Source: Harriotta raleighana (taxonomy: Eukaryota). Taken from it: a stretch of 64,000 bases of DNA. Made by a program: the position numbers and the translations under genes. The stretch's first letter is position 1. Each line of letters starts with the position of its first letter. Below are positions 49,321-60,432 of the stretch, one piece after another. Below the pieces are notes generated by a model. It worked only from the letters and a program-made list of their open reading frames with translations. It was not told the DNA's origin and did not search any database. The DNA lies in contig JBNZDD010013673.1 of NCBI GenBank assembly GCA_050575255.1, positions 3,786,942-3,850,941 on the forward strand, in the 5' to 3' direction.

Positions 49321-49644
49321 TAACTCTGTAACAATGTTTTAACAGATGCCGATGACATAATGAGCTGCTGAGCAGTTAAAACAAAGTTCAGTGAAGACAA
49401 ATGATAATCACTTCACAAGACCTCCTGCCTTTTGTCTCTTATGGACCCTTATATCCCCAAAACAGGACGAGAGCAAAGACTGACAAGGACAAACGGTTCA
49501 CTGGAGGACACTGACATAATTAAAAATCCCAGAGGAGCGTTTAACAGGAGTGAGCTGGGAATCTGCAAAAGAAAGTACATTTTGTTACAGTCTGAAAAGC
49601 ATCCTTTTAGCAAAAATGCGCGTGTGTTTTTAAAAAAAATTAAT

Positions 49645-49650
49645 TTTATT
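49645..49650 (-). terminator. Candidate SOWAHA polyadenylation signal, ending a repeat-free 3' UTR of about 1.85 kb
   Basis: AATAAA on minus; 49630-51480 lacks the SINEs that saturate the flanks. Confidence 0.5.
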
Positions 49651-51480
49651 TATGGTTTTAAAATAAGTGCTTAGCATATCTTCCATTGCTTTCAAAAAAA
49701 TATAAAACCTCTCTCCACATAGGGTCAAAGTTTGTTAACCACCACATTGCAGTCACATTCAATTTTCTCTTGCGGATTAGCATATCGAGTTCAATACACA
49801 TGCTAGTTGTGTACATAAAGTGTTTGCTAACATGAAAGAGACACTTAAAAAGAATTAGCACTGCACAAAATCAGGTAGTATTCAAATATACCAGGTAACT
49901 TTCAAATTCAGTGGAGGCAAACTTTGCAGTCAGTAAGTTTTTTGAGTCGTTAGTTACGTGCCAAAGCTTGACAATAGTGTTAAAATAGTGCAGCTCCATT
50001 TCAAAACAGTTTAAAATGGTAAACTGTGTGCCTTTAGCACACCAGCAATATGTACTTTTTTTTTGCTTTGCCTGCCTCACCAATCTTTGACTAAAAATGG
50101 TCTTAAGTTTATGATTAGTGGTAACCTAGAACTAATGTTTACCCTACAATCTTGCTCAAACACACACAACAGGTCACAGCTCTAAGGTAGTTGCAATTGT
50201 TCTTCTTCAAGTAACTTAATACTGGACAGTGGATTCCAGCTACGATGCAGTATTTGGAGTGTCGGGAAAATCCCAACCAGTGCTTTAACGGGGCACAATT
50301 GACTGATGTGCGCAGGAAGTGAGGTCGCTGATGACCTGATCACCGGGAAGTTGGCCATTTTGTCTTTGTGCACTAATGGAGCCAGAGAGAACATTTTACT
50401 TAAGTCACCGTTGGCGTTCCCAACCGAATTACACAATCGGCAACGCCATGTTATATTGTGGTTTGACTGTACTTGGATGGGACTTGCATAGCAATTCTAA
50501 ACATTCTTTACCCCATAAATGTAACTTATTTACTGAAATGTTCATATCAATGAGCTGGGATGTTGGATATTACCCCATACAGTAATGGCCAGCATTCAGC
50601 TGAAAGGAAATTTTCCTTGAATTTTCCTGCCAACAAGCTGTTCGTTTCTGTTACATATTGAGTAACTAGTAATACTTGTAATGGATAGAATTATACAGAA
50701 TCTTTGCATTACCCCTCCCACCCATGTACTGCATCATATATACGCAGTTTTCAAAACACCACCCCTTCCCCACTCCACCTCAGTTATCCAGTTATTCTTT
50801 AATCAAAGTAGTTGTCCCTGGAAGTAGACACTTTGTACAAAATATTATCTTTTCTGGCATTGAAACAGTCTCAGTTCGCAGAATTAAAAAAACACTATGT
50901 TTCTGTGGTCAGTAGTTTTCAAGCACAAAACACAAAATGATAGATATTGGTCGAAGTCACATTTAAGATAATAATAAAAACGATAAGACACCATGCTGAC
51001 CAAAAACAAGGCAATTCCAGGGGAAAAAATATAGTGCCAAAGGCATGGTCGGGCAACATAAATTATGATTTTAGATTATTACAGCTAAATGCTACCATTA
51101 TATTTAATAAACCTCACCTAAGTTATATCAATGGAGTCCATGCAATCAATAAGACTTCAGCAAAAGTATGAGTTATATCAAACTTGCATAGAATATAATC
51201 TCATGAATGGGATTTGTGCAAATGAGAGATAAGGTTTAGAACTTGCACAGATCAGACTTATGTCAGTTTTACTCTAATACCACCGAAAGATAGCGCTCTG
51301 TGAATGCAATCACCCGCAAAGCATAACAAGTTCGCTCGAAGAAAAGTCTCCAGCAAAGATGACAGTAAGAAAGTAAACATCAGTAGGGAGAGGGAACACT
51401 CCTCCCCAATTACAATTTACGTTGTAGTTTTCTTTTTTATAAAAAAAACACTAACTTCAAATAAAAACCTAGAAAATCTT

Positions 51481-53124
51481 TCAGAGGAAAATCTCAGTCA
51501 CCGGTCGGCGCTTCATCACCACCTCGTCTACTCCATCCTCTTCGAGCTCCTCGTTCAAGGAGCTAAAGTTCCCACGGAGTTTGGGTCTTTTCTTGTACAT
51601 TGACGGAGCGGCGAAGAATTTGCTCAACGTGGCCGGTTTCTTCAAGGATTTGGAGATGTCCGAGAAGTTGATGTCGTCAGTCAAGGCTCCTAGAAAGGTG
51701 TTGGTGGAGCTCAGGATGGAGTGACCCGCTTTGGAATTCCTCTTGTGAAGAGGAACGGCTTCGGGGATCAAGGCATCCGGGTCTCCCAACAACTGCCTGA
51801 CCACCAGCGAGTTATCCTTGTTCAAATAGTGGTAGGGCCTTTTCCCACTGTAATCCCGGAGACTCGTTTTCGCCCCATAGACCTGCACCAGTTTAAGAAT
51901 GACGTCCTCTTTGCCGTGGATGGCGGCAATGTGCAGGGGTGTGTAGCCGCCATAGGCTTTGGAGTTGATGTCTAACTTGGTGCCTTTCTTCTCCGCCGTC
52001 TCGATGATCCAGCAAACCATCTCACTGTTGCCTGATTTGGCTGCCCAGTGGATGGCAGTGAATCCGGACATGAAGTCCCTCTTCTCGGCCAGGTTGACGT
52101 CCTTCAGCATGAGGCCACATACATGCGTCCAGTGTCCCAGTGCTGTCTTTACTATCCACTCGTGCTCCACAGGATCCAGGGGCACCTGGTCGGACAGACG
52201 CAAGTCCTCGCTTGCCTTCAGGAGCCGGGAAGACCTCTTGGACTGGGGTGAGTTGCCGGCAGCTTCCGTGGGTTGGCTCCTCTTCATTTGGGGAGTCTTG
52301 GGGTTGTCAATCAAATCTCCCGAAGAGGCCAGAGGGACCTCTGTGGACTGGGCGCAGTTTTCGATGCCTTGCTGTTGCTGCTGCTGCTGCTGCTGCTGCT
52401 TTTGCTGGCTCTGACCAGAGCTGTACCTGTTGCAGTCCGGAGGGAGTCTAAGAGGGTACATATGGGGTTTGGCTTTGCGGGCGGGCAACGCCTTGGGAGC
52501 CCCTGGCGTGTTGCTCTTGGTGTTGCCGTCCCCAGATTTGGTCTCATAATTGCCAACCTTCTGGCTGAAGCTCAGAGCGCTGAAATTGGTCTCTGCCGGA
52601 GATGGAGGGGACGAGGGCTGAGGGGGAACCAGAGAAGGGGCAACATCTGGGCCGGTGTCAGCGGGGGATGTCTGCTCTCTGGGTGGGGAGGTGGAGGAGG
52701 CAGAGGCGCTCGCGATTCGCAGTGAAGCAGCAGCGCATTCTGCCAAGGAAAGTTCGCCCTCGTTCGCAAGCTCTCGGCTTGCGGAGCGCTGCAAGGAGAA
52801 GGCTTGTGGACTCAGTTTTACCTGCTCCTCCTTCCGCCTCCTCCTCTTCTCACCGTCCTCTCCCGGTGGGGTGGGACTGCTAGCCGGGTTGGGCAGCAGG
52901 TGCTGCCATTTTTTCCTCAGCACCACAAATTTCACCCCTTCCTCCTCGCGGACCACAGCCACGCTGTTGATGTAGTGTTTGAAGAGGTCGCGGAGCTGCC
53001 GCTTGATCTGAGGGTCCTTGTGATTGAGAGCGAACCTGAAGCGATACAGCAACTCCGAGTTCCTGACCTTACCACCAGCCTCCACCACAAAGTTGATCAC
53101 AGCCTCCTGGTTCATCCCTTCCAT
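51481..53124 (-). CDS. SOWAHA: Sosondowah ankyrin repeat protein A (ANKRD43), single exon, 547 aa
   Basis: N-terminal Sowah domain (F..EAGGKVRNSELL..F..FKHYINSVAVV..GVKFVVLRKK), VPLDPVEHEWIV, and ankyrin repeats (DFMSGFTAIHWAAKSG, GGYTPLHIAAIHG, RDYSGKRP). ACCATGG Kozak at 53124; the ORF-track start at 53202 is a TTG. Paralogue A assigned by position beside SHROOM1. Confidence 0.93.
   Translation of the reverse strand: MEGMNQEAVINFVVEAGGKVRNSELLYRFRFALNHKDPQIKRQLRDLFKHYINSVAVVREEEGVKFVVLRKKWQHLLPNPASSPTPPGEDGEKRRRRKEEQVKLSPQAFSLQRSASRELANEGELSLAECAAASLRIASASASSTSPPREQTSPADTGPDVAPSLVPPQPSSPPSPAETNFSALSFSQKVGNYETKSGDGNTKSNTPGAPKALPARKAKPHMYPLRLPPDCNRYSSGQSQQKQQQQQQQQQQGIENCAQSTEVPLASSGDLIDNPKTPQMKRSQPTEAAGNSPQSKRSSRLLKASEDLRLSDQVPLDPVEHEWIVKTALGHWTHVCGLMLKDVNLAEKRDFMSGFTAIHWAAKSGNSEMVCWIIETAEKKGTKLDINSKAYGGYTPLHIAAIHGKEDVILKLVQVYGAKTSLRDYSGKRPYHYLNKDNSLVVRQLLGDPDALIPEAVPLHKRNSKAGHSILSSTNTFLGALTDDINFSDISKSLKKPATLSKFFAAPSMYKKRPKLRGNFSSLNEELEEDGVDEVVMKRRPVTEIFL
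52369..52407 (-). repeat. Coding (CAG/CAA)n polyglutamine tract in SOWAHA
   Basis: QQK followed by Q10, with 7 uninterrupted CAG. Confidence 0.9.
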
Positions 53125-54729
53125 GGTCAATTCAACTTTCCTCCTTCCTTCTTTCCTTCCTTCTCCAGCCAAAAAAAAAATTCCTCCTTCTACTCCTTCC
53201 AAAAAAAATTATATATATATATATATTTATATGTAACACTCAATGCAAAGTCAAGCAGTTAAAAAGTTACTGCATTCATTCCGACGCCTGGGTTATAGAG
53301 CTCCCTATGTTAATCACATCCTTCAATACAATGCAAAGCAAAGCTCTCCCAACTCTTGCAAGTACCTGTGATTTCCGGGACACGCATCATGTTTTGATAC
53401 ACACACACACACACCCTTTGAGCTAGATACACACACACACCCACCCTGCATATTACCATAAATTATGTGCAAACCATAGAGAGAGGAGTGTGTGTGTGTG
53501 TGTCCCAGGCAAAGAGGGAGGAGCCAGGCTTCAGAAGGTGTTTCTGGGATTTGTATTCCCATTAGTTTTATTTCTCAAGTTGTTTTAAGTTTAAGTTCAA
53601 TTTCTTTTCTCCCCTCCCGTCCAATTTTTTAANAGTTGTTTTAAGTTTAAGTTCAATTTCTTTTCTCCCCTCCCGTCCAATTTAAAAAAATNAAAATAAA
53701 CAGTCGCTCGATCGCCGACTGTCTTTTTGGACGCTGGGCTGCCGCGTTTGGGCAGCGCTCAAACCCATGTTACAATATCGTTAGTGAAGCGCTTTGAGAC
53801 GTCTCAACAATGTGATAAGGCGCTCTGTCAAATGCAAGGATTATTATCATTCTTATTCCCACCAGAGAGTTGGATTCACATCGGTGTCAATTAAATATTT
53901 TTATCCCCCAGCCGTGCTTGTGAAGAGATGTTAAACCAAGATCCTGTCTGACACAGTGACTGTCCAGCGCCTTTGGACATCCTCCTGACGTGAAAGGCGC
54001 TATACAAACATAATTTTGTTGTAGTTATTGGACGTTAAAGATCTCATGGTATTGATTGAAAAGAGAAGGATGTTTGTCTTTCCCAGAGTCAACAATCCCC
54101 CAAGTAAAATTGTTCGCTCGTTCTATGGCTGTTTGAGGAACACTGCTGTGCGCAAACTGACTGCCGCGTTTCACCCACAAAATACGCAGTCGATCCACTT
54201 TACAGCATATCCTATGATGCACTTTGAGACAAAATGACAACATGATAAGACGCTACATCAACTGCAAGCAATTATTGTGAATATTATTATTATTATGATT
54301 TTTGTATAAGCTTCTAAGGTGCCAAACTATATGTGATATTGATGAGCGGGGCTGAAGAGCGGGCAGACTGACTGCACGGCTGATTTCTGCAATTGTTCTA
54401 GTCCTGTCTCCTAGCTCTGTCTTTCAGATGCGAATAAATCTGCTGAGAATTGCAGGCAATTCTATTTCTATTGCAAGCTATTCTGAAATGCAGCAGAAAC
54501 CCTTAGCAACCAACACTTTTTGCCAGTGGGATTTCCTCTCCTGTGGCCTGGAACACTGTCTCGCTCCCAACCATCTGCAGCAACAGGGACTACTGGAGTT
54601 TGTGCAGTATTTTGGCCCCTGAAAACTCAGGAATCCACTGAACTCTGTAATATCTCTTTGTATTCTCAGAAAACACTGCAACACTATATCTCTTGGCAAT
54701 TTTGTATTCTGAGAAAACACCAGGGACAA

Positions 54730-55025
54730 TATAATAATAATAATCCTGGCATTTGATATAGCTTTTCACGTCTTCTAGTACATCTCAAAGCGCCTCACAC
54801 ATTACACTGTAAAGTGAATTGACTGTACATTTGTGGGAAAAACGCAGCAGCCAATTGCACACAGCAGTGTCCTACAAACAGTCGTGGATTGAAATAACCA
54901 ATTTATTATTGTCTTTTTGAGGGAATACTATAAGGCATGTGGCCCAACATTTCACCCTACCTGGAATTGAACCCAGGTCTCTTGTTTGTAAGGTGAGTGC
55001 TCTAACCACTGAGCTACATGACCCC
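54730..55025 (-). mobile_element. Full-length tRNA-SINE
   Basis: Tail aataatcctggcatttgatatagc to head gctctaaccactgagctac. Confidence 0.88.
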
Positions 55026-55064
55026 ACAATTTCTGCATACATCCTGTTTCCATTACAGTTGGGA

Positions 55065-55270
55065 TCCCACTCCCTAGCCTCCTTCAAGTCCCTCCTCAAG
55101 ACCTTCCTTTCAAGTGTGCCATCAGTCACCCCCACTTCTTCCCACCTTCCCTCCATCCTCCCTGATCTCGAACCCAGCTTGGGTCCGAAACACTGACTGT
55201 CCAGGATCTTGGGATATCCTCCCCCACATGAAAGGCACTATACAAATGTAATTTCGTTGTTGTTATTGTT
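55065..55270 (+). mobile_element. L2 LINE 3' UTR and tail
   Basis: SLASFKSLLKTFL followed by gaaaggcactatacaaatgtaatttcgttgttg. Confidence 0.75.
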
Positions 55271-56394
55271 GCACATAATAATAATAATAATAATCTTTGC
55301 ATTGGATATAGTGAAACATTGAAACATCTCAAAGCTCTTCACAGAATTTATTGTAAAGTAGATTGACAAGGAGTTGCAGATTAAATGACCAGATTTTTTG
55401 TGGGAGAGGGATTTTTACCCCCAGAATGTTTTTCACTAATTGACTAACAAGCAAGTTCCTACTGACTGCGAGGTAAAGCAGAGGCGTGGGTGGAGTAAGG
55501 AAACTTGCCTAAGGTTTTGCCTTAGTGTTAGCATACAAGAAAGTGAGTGTTCCTGCTAACAAGAGGGAAAATCCCACAGGCAAAAGATGTTGGTTGCTAG
55601 GAGTTACCGCTGCTTTCATGTTAGTTGGCCTTGTCTTGCCAACTAGTATTTAATGTGATGATTTCTATTAAAAGATGACATTGTTTTTTTCGCTGAGCTG
55701 TCAAACATCAGACCAATAATACCTGGAACATTATCAATTTACAGTGTTTGCAACGTGATTCCTGATATGCCTAATTGACGGTACATGATATATAAAGTAA
55801 GTTATTCAATTTTTGCAGTGTCAGATTTCTGTGACTTTGCTGCTGTGTTCCCCGAATTAGTAGAAACACATTTATCAACGGGATTTGTCCCCAGTAACTT
55901 TTGGCGAGATATAAAAGATTAGGAGTGATGAAAAGAAAAAACAACTGCAGACTTCTGAATTCAGAAATAACAACAACAAAATTAATCTGTGAAGTGCTTT
56001 GAGACGTCGATAAAATGTCAAAATCACTGTATCAAATGCAAGGATTATTATTATTACTATTACTACTTGTATAGCATCTTTCAGGTCATGAGGATGTACT
56101 AAACATGCTAAAAATTCAGAAAAAATGCATCTGAAAGCAAACGAATACTACATTGACTATCAGAAAAAACATTTGTTTTTCAAATCCAGCCTTTGTCTGG
56201 AACTTTACTCTGATACATAGATGCCACAGTCTGTGTTTACCTATGGGAGAAATGGAGGATTAACCTCTGAAACAATAAGACAACAACAAAATTACACTTG
56301 TATAGCACCTTTCATGTCAGGAGGATAACCCAATAATCGATCATCTTTAAACAAGGATCTGAACAGCAGTGCTATAATGTATGATCCCTGTGAT

Positions 56395-56704
56395 ATATCC
56401 TTGTAGCTCTGTGGTTAGAGCACGTACTTTATAAATGTGAGACCTGTGTTTCGAATCCAGTGAGGTCAGGGTGAAAGCTTGGGCAAGGTTCCTTACTCCA
56501 CATGCCTAATAATAATCCGTCCATAAAAAAAGCAATAATAAATTGGTCATTGCGGCTGTTTGTGGGACACTGCTGTGTGCAATTTGCTGCTGCGATTCAC
56601 CCAGAAATATCCAATCAAATCACTTTACAGTATATTCTGTGAAGCGCTTTGAGACGTCTAGAAGATGTGAAAAGCGCTATATCAAATGCAAAGATTATTA
56701 TTAT
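56395..56704 (+). mobile_element. Full-length tRNA-SINE
   Basis: gtagctctgtggttagagc..ttcgaatcc..aagcgctatatcaaatgcaaagattattatta. Confidence 0.9.
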
Positions 56705-57229
56705 CGTTCAGCCTCCGAACTTCAGCGAAATCTACCTCGGTGAGTTTGAGAATAATGCAAACATCACCTTCGCATATATCCAAACGGATTTGCTCAAACT
56801 GTCTCATCTCCTAAGGAATGTGCCAACCACAAATCAGACATTTAACAAGAAAATGCTCAATTAAATCTCCCCCAAATCTCTGAAGCTTTAATTGATTGAA
56901 AAACCTCAGGAAATCAATCCACCACCACAACCTGCATTATTCATCGCTGACCAGCTGCAGCCTCAGGTAACATTTCCATGATCTTTATAGCACTGTGCAG
57001 TGTCTGACCATGTATGCCTTCGCTAATTCTTGTGTCGTTCACTATCAATCTTAGCCAGATATTCATTAACTGCCTTTTAGAAGAGGGGTTCACCTGGTGA
57101 CCAGGTCAATACTCAACAACTTCCCCAGTGAAAACTGACCGTTCACTTCATGGCTGTTTGTGGCTGTGTGTAACTTGGCTATGCTGTTTGCTTTGCCTAC
57201 AAAATAAACAATTGCTAGATTAAACTTTA

Positions 57230-57736
57230 GAGTCCTATAGTTTAGTGGTTAGAGTGCTCACTTCGCAAACAAGAGACCTGGATTCGATTCGATGGCCAGG
57301 GCAAAAACTTGGGCAAGTTTCCTTACTCCACATACCTGATAATCAACCTTTCAAGAAGAAAAACAGCAAAATAATAAATTAGTCACTTCAATCCAGGACT
57401 ATTTGTGGGACACCTCTGTGCACAATTGGCTGCCGCGTTTCACCCACAAATGTAGTCAATTCACTTTACAGTATATTCTGTATATTCAATTTGATATAGC
57501 GCTTTTCACATCTTCTAGACGTCTCAAAGTGCTTTGCAGGATATACTGTAAAGTGAATTGAATATATATTTGTGGGCGAAACACAGCAGCCAATAGCGGA
57601 CAGCTTTTGGAGGGATTATTATTATTAGGCGTGTGGAGTAAAGAAACTTTACTAGGGTTTCACCTTGACCTGCCTGGATTCAAACACAGGTGTCACACTT
57701 GTAAGGCAAGTGCTCTAACCACTGAGCTAAAGGACT
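57230..57736. mobile_element. Two tRNA-SINEs tail-to-tail in inverted orientation (about 57230-57480 plus; 57490-57736 minus)
   Basis: Heads at both outer ends: gagtcctatagtttagtggttagag and ctctaaccactgagctaaaggact. Confidence 0.85.
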
Positions 57737-59024
57737 AATAATAATAATTACATAAGCTATTGTGAAAATTAAAGGGAAAATAAAATTGTTAACCTTGCTT
57801 GAAATGAATAATGACATGGAAATATGGTGATTGATTCTTCGCTTTTTTTTGCATGCGTGTGAGTGAATTCAATCACAACTATTCTGCGTTCATTTATTCA
57901 TTTCCCTTTTGAGGAAATAGTTAGATTTATATTCCTCCCTCCGTACGTATCAAACACATGGATGATAATGATAATTATTTATTTAATCATGACATAGATT
58001 TGTCAAAGAAGCTAAAGTTTACCAAAATCTGAAATTTAAAGGGAAAACCAAAATGTTGGTTAAGATGTTGTCAAAGAGCTCCGCCTAGTGGATAGGTGGC
58101 TTCTACATAGAGGCTGTCCTTTTGGGCTCTCTCCATGACAGCAGTAATTTAATGGCAATACAATACTCTAGGGCTAGGCAGTGTTGTTCAATGAACCTAC
58201 AGCCACGCAAATCCATGCTAAAATGTTTCTAAATCAACAAGAAATTATATTTAGGGTATATTCCTTTCATGCTGACTGTATGTTTGGTGGCATTTCACTC
58301 ACAAAGTTCACGGTCAATTCATTTTATACAAATGTAATCTTGTTGTTGTTTATATTAGATTCTGTGAAGCGCTTTCAGACGTCTCAGTGATGTGATAAGG
58401 CACCAAATCAAATGCAAGGATTGTTAATATCTAGGATTTAAAACTCTATTAAAGAGAGGAACTATTGTAGTCTGTTTAATCTCAGATCTTTCACCCACAA
58501 AATAATAATTCTTGCTCTTGATATACAGTGCTTTTCACATCTATATCAAATGCAAGGATCATTATCACTCAATCAAGGATTATTATCAGTCAATCACTTT
58601 ACAGGATATTCTGCAAAATGTTTTGATATATCTAGAAGAGTGAAAAGCACTATATCAAAAGCAAGGATTATTATTATTTATTATAGATCCAAGAGGTGAA
58701 AGATAATGTACAGATAACCTGCTGCTCTGCAAAAATTTTTCCTGGGATATTAAATCAATTAATGTAGACCTTCAATACTGAAATAATTAGATCTCGAAAT
58801 TACCATGATGTTGGTGCAATTTTGAGTTTAACTTTCTAATAATCCTTATATTTGATGTGGCGCCTAATCACATCACAGAGATGTCTCAAAGCGCTTCACA
58901 GAACATACAGTAAAAGTAGATTGATTGGCTGTACCCACAAAATTAAAAGACCTTTAATTCAATCCTATTCAGAGTCTTACTTGTGAGACATGGTTGTGTG
59001 CTATTGGCTGATAATTGACACATA

Positions 59025-59289
59025 CAGGTAGACCTGACTTAACGTTGCTTCTGTCAACGTTATTTTGTTGTTACGTTGCTGATACATAGGGGGACATATA
59101 TTCATTTAACGTTGTGACGTTCGCAATTGCAATACATCGTTCGCCTGCGGGTGGAAACTAACAACTTAGGATAGCGTAGGCGCATAGATGCTGAACGTCC
59201 GATACTCTTGTGCGGGTTCACGTAACGTTGTTTCGCTTAAAGTCGCACTTCTCGCAAACACAACTGCGACTTTAAGCGAGGCCTAAGTG
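59025..59289 (+). mobile_element. Tigger/MER2-like non-autonomous DNA element (copy 2)
   Basis: TA|caggtagacctgacttaacg...ctttaagcgaggcctaagtg|TA; homologous to 35584-35821. Confidence 0.78.
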
Positions 59290-59738
59290 TATTCAGTCAA
59301 TTAAATTTATGGTACTGTACATTCTTCTGAAGGGCTTTGAGGAGTCCAGAAGACGTGAGAAGCGCTATATCAGAGGCAAGGATCACTAATGATNATTATT
59401 ACTGTTACTTTTATCACTAAGGTCAAACGTGGCCCCACTTTTTTTCCGCTAAACCCGTCCCAAAACCAAAGCCCAACTGAGATGGAAATGGGAGCTTCGA
59501 GTCGCCGCGAATCCAAACTACAAGTCCCAGAAGGAGACGTAGGCACTCCGAAAGAAAAGGCCATTTCTCTGGTGGAAGTGGGGGAAATGGGAAAAGTTCT
59601 TTCTTGCAGATNTTATTATTACTGTTACTTTTATCACTAAGGTCAAACGTGGCCCCACTTTTATTTTCCGCTAAACCCGTCCCAAAACCAAAGCCCAACT
59701 GAGATGGAAATGGGAGCTTCGAGGCGCCGCGAATCCAA

Positions 59739-59755
59739 ACTACAAGTCCCAGAAG
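59739..59755 (+). promoter_or_regulatory. ZNF143/THAP11-type promoter motif ACTACAnnTCCCAGAAG (second copy at 59517-59533 is probably an assembly duplicate)
   Basis: actacaagtcccagaag matches the well-known ACTACA..TCCCA promoter element, in a CpG-containing patch about 650 bp upstream of the candidate exon at 60403. Confidence 0.65.
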
Positions 59756-60402
59756 GAGACGTAGGCACTCGGAAAGAAAAGGCCATTTCTCTGGTGGAAG
59801 TGGGGGAAATGGGAAAAGTTCTTTCTTGCAGATTCAATATGAAATCAAAAGAGGACGATCCATTTGACTGATGGGCTGGGGGGAGGGGGGGTGGGGAGGG
59901 GGCAAGATCCCATTGATTGATTTAAGGTCCCCCCCCTCTCTCTCTCTCTCCCTCCCCACCCCAAAAAAAATAACAGGTTGCTGTGAAACAAGGGTAGAGG
60001 TGGTTTGTGTGTGGAGTAGGAAGAAAGGAGCTTGATCTTTGTGTGTGTGTGTGTGTGTGTCTATCTCTGTGTGTGTGTGTGAGACTAGGCGGTAGTGCAG
60101 TTTGCTTTCCATTGAAGAGAGCAGTGTTGGGGGTGGGTTGGTTTGCTGGAACCTCTGTGTTACAGCCAGGGCTGGGGAGACAGCGGAAGACACTGAGACA
60201 CACAGACGCTTGAGATACTTTGGAGGGAGGGAGGCTGGGTGGGTGGGGGGAGGTGAAGAGGCTGTAAAGCTCTCAATACAATCCCTTCAGACTTTCTGCT
60301 GCTGTGGTGTGGTTGTTGGGTGGAAGAGGCAGAGACATATATATAGAGAGAGAGAGAGACATAGAGAGAGAGAGAGAGAGACATAGAGAGAAAAACAACG
60401 TC

Positions 60403-60432
60403 ATGGAGGTGATGGAAACAGAACCACAACCA
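60403..60432 (+). CDS. Probable first coding exon of septin 8 (MEVMETEPQP, 30 nt, phase 0)
   Basis: Strong Kozak gtcATGG, 10 codons, consensus donor GTGAGT at 60433. SEPT6-group genes begin with a phase-0 exon of about 30 nt, and SEPT8 lies head-to-head with SOWAHA in human. The peptide itself is not recognisably septin. Confidence 0.5.

Noticed and set aside
42731-50350. Shared 14-mer TGATCACCGGGAAG in the SHROOM1 and SOWAHA 3' regions (possible mRNA-mRNA pairing)
   Set aside because: Several 14-bp matches are expected by chance within 64 kb.
51721-53262. Many plus-strand ORFs antisense to SOWAHA (and likewise over GDF9 exon 1)
   Set aside because: Shadow ORFs of GC-rich coding sequence, with no independent support.
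53575-53692. Duplication of about 55 bp upstream of SOWAHA
   Set aside because: Flanked by Ns at 53633 and 53692; assembly overlap.
59395-59833. Tandem duplication of about 220 bp with a protein-like ORF
   Set aside because: Ns at 59394 and 59612 bound the first copy, so these are probably two alleles placed in tandem; the ORF has no recognisable homology and the sequence looks like promoter.
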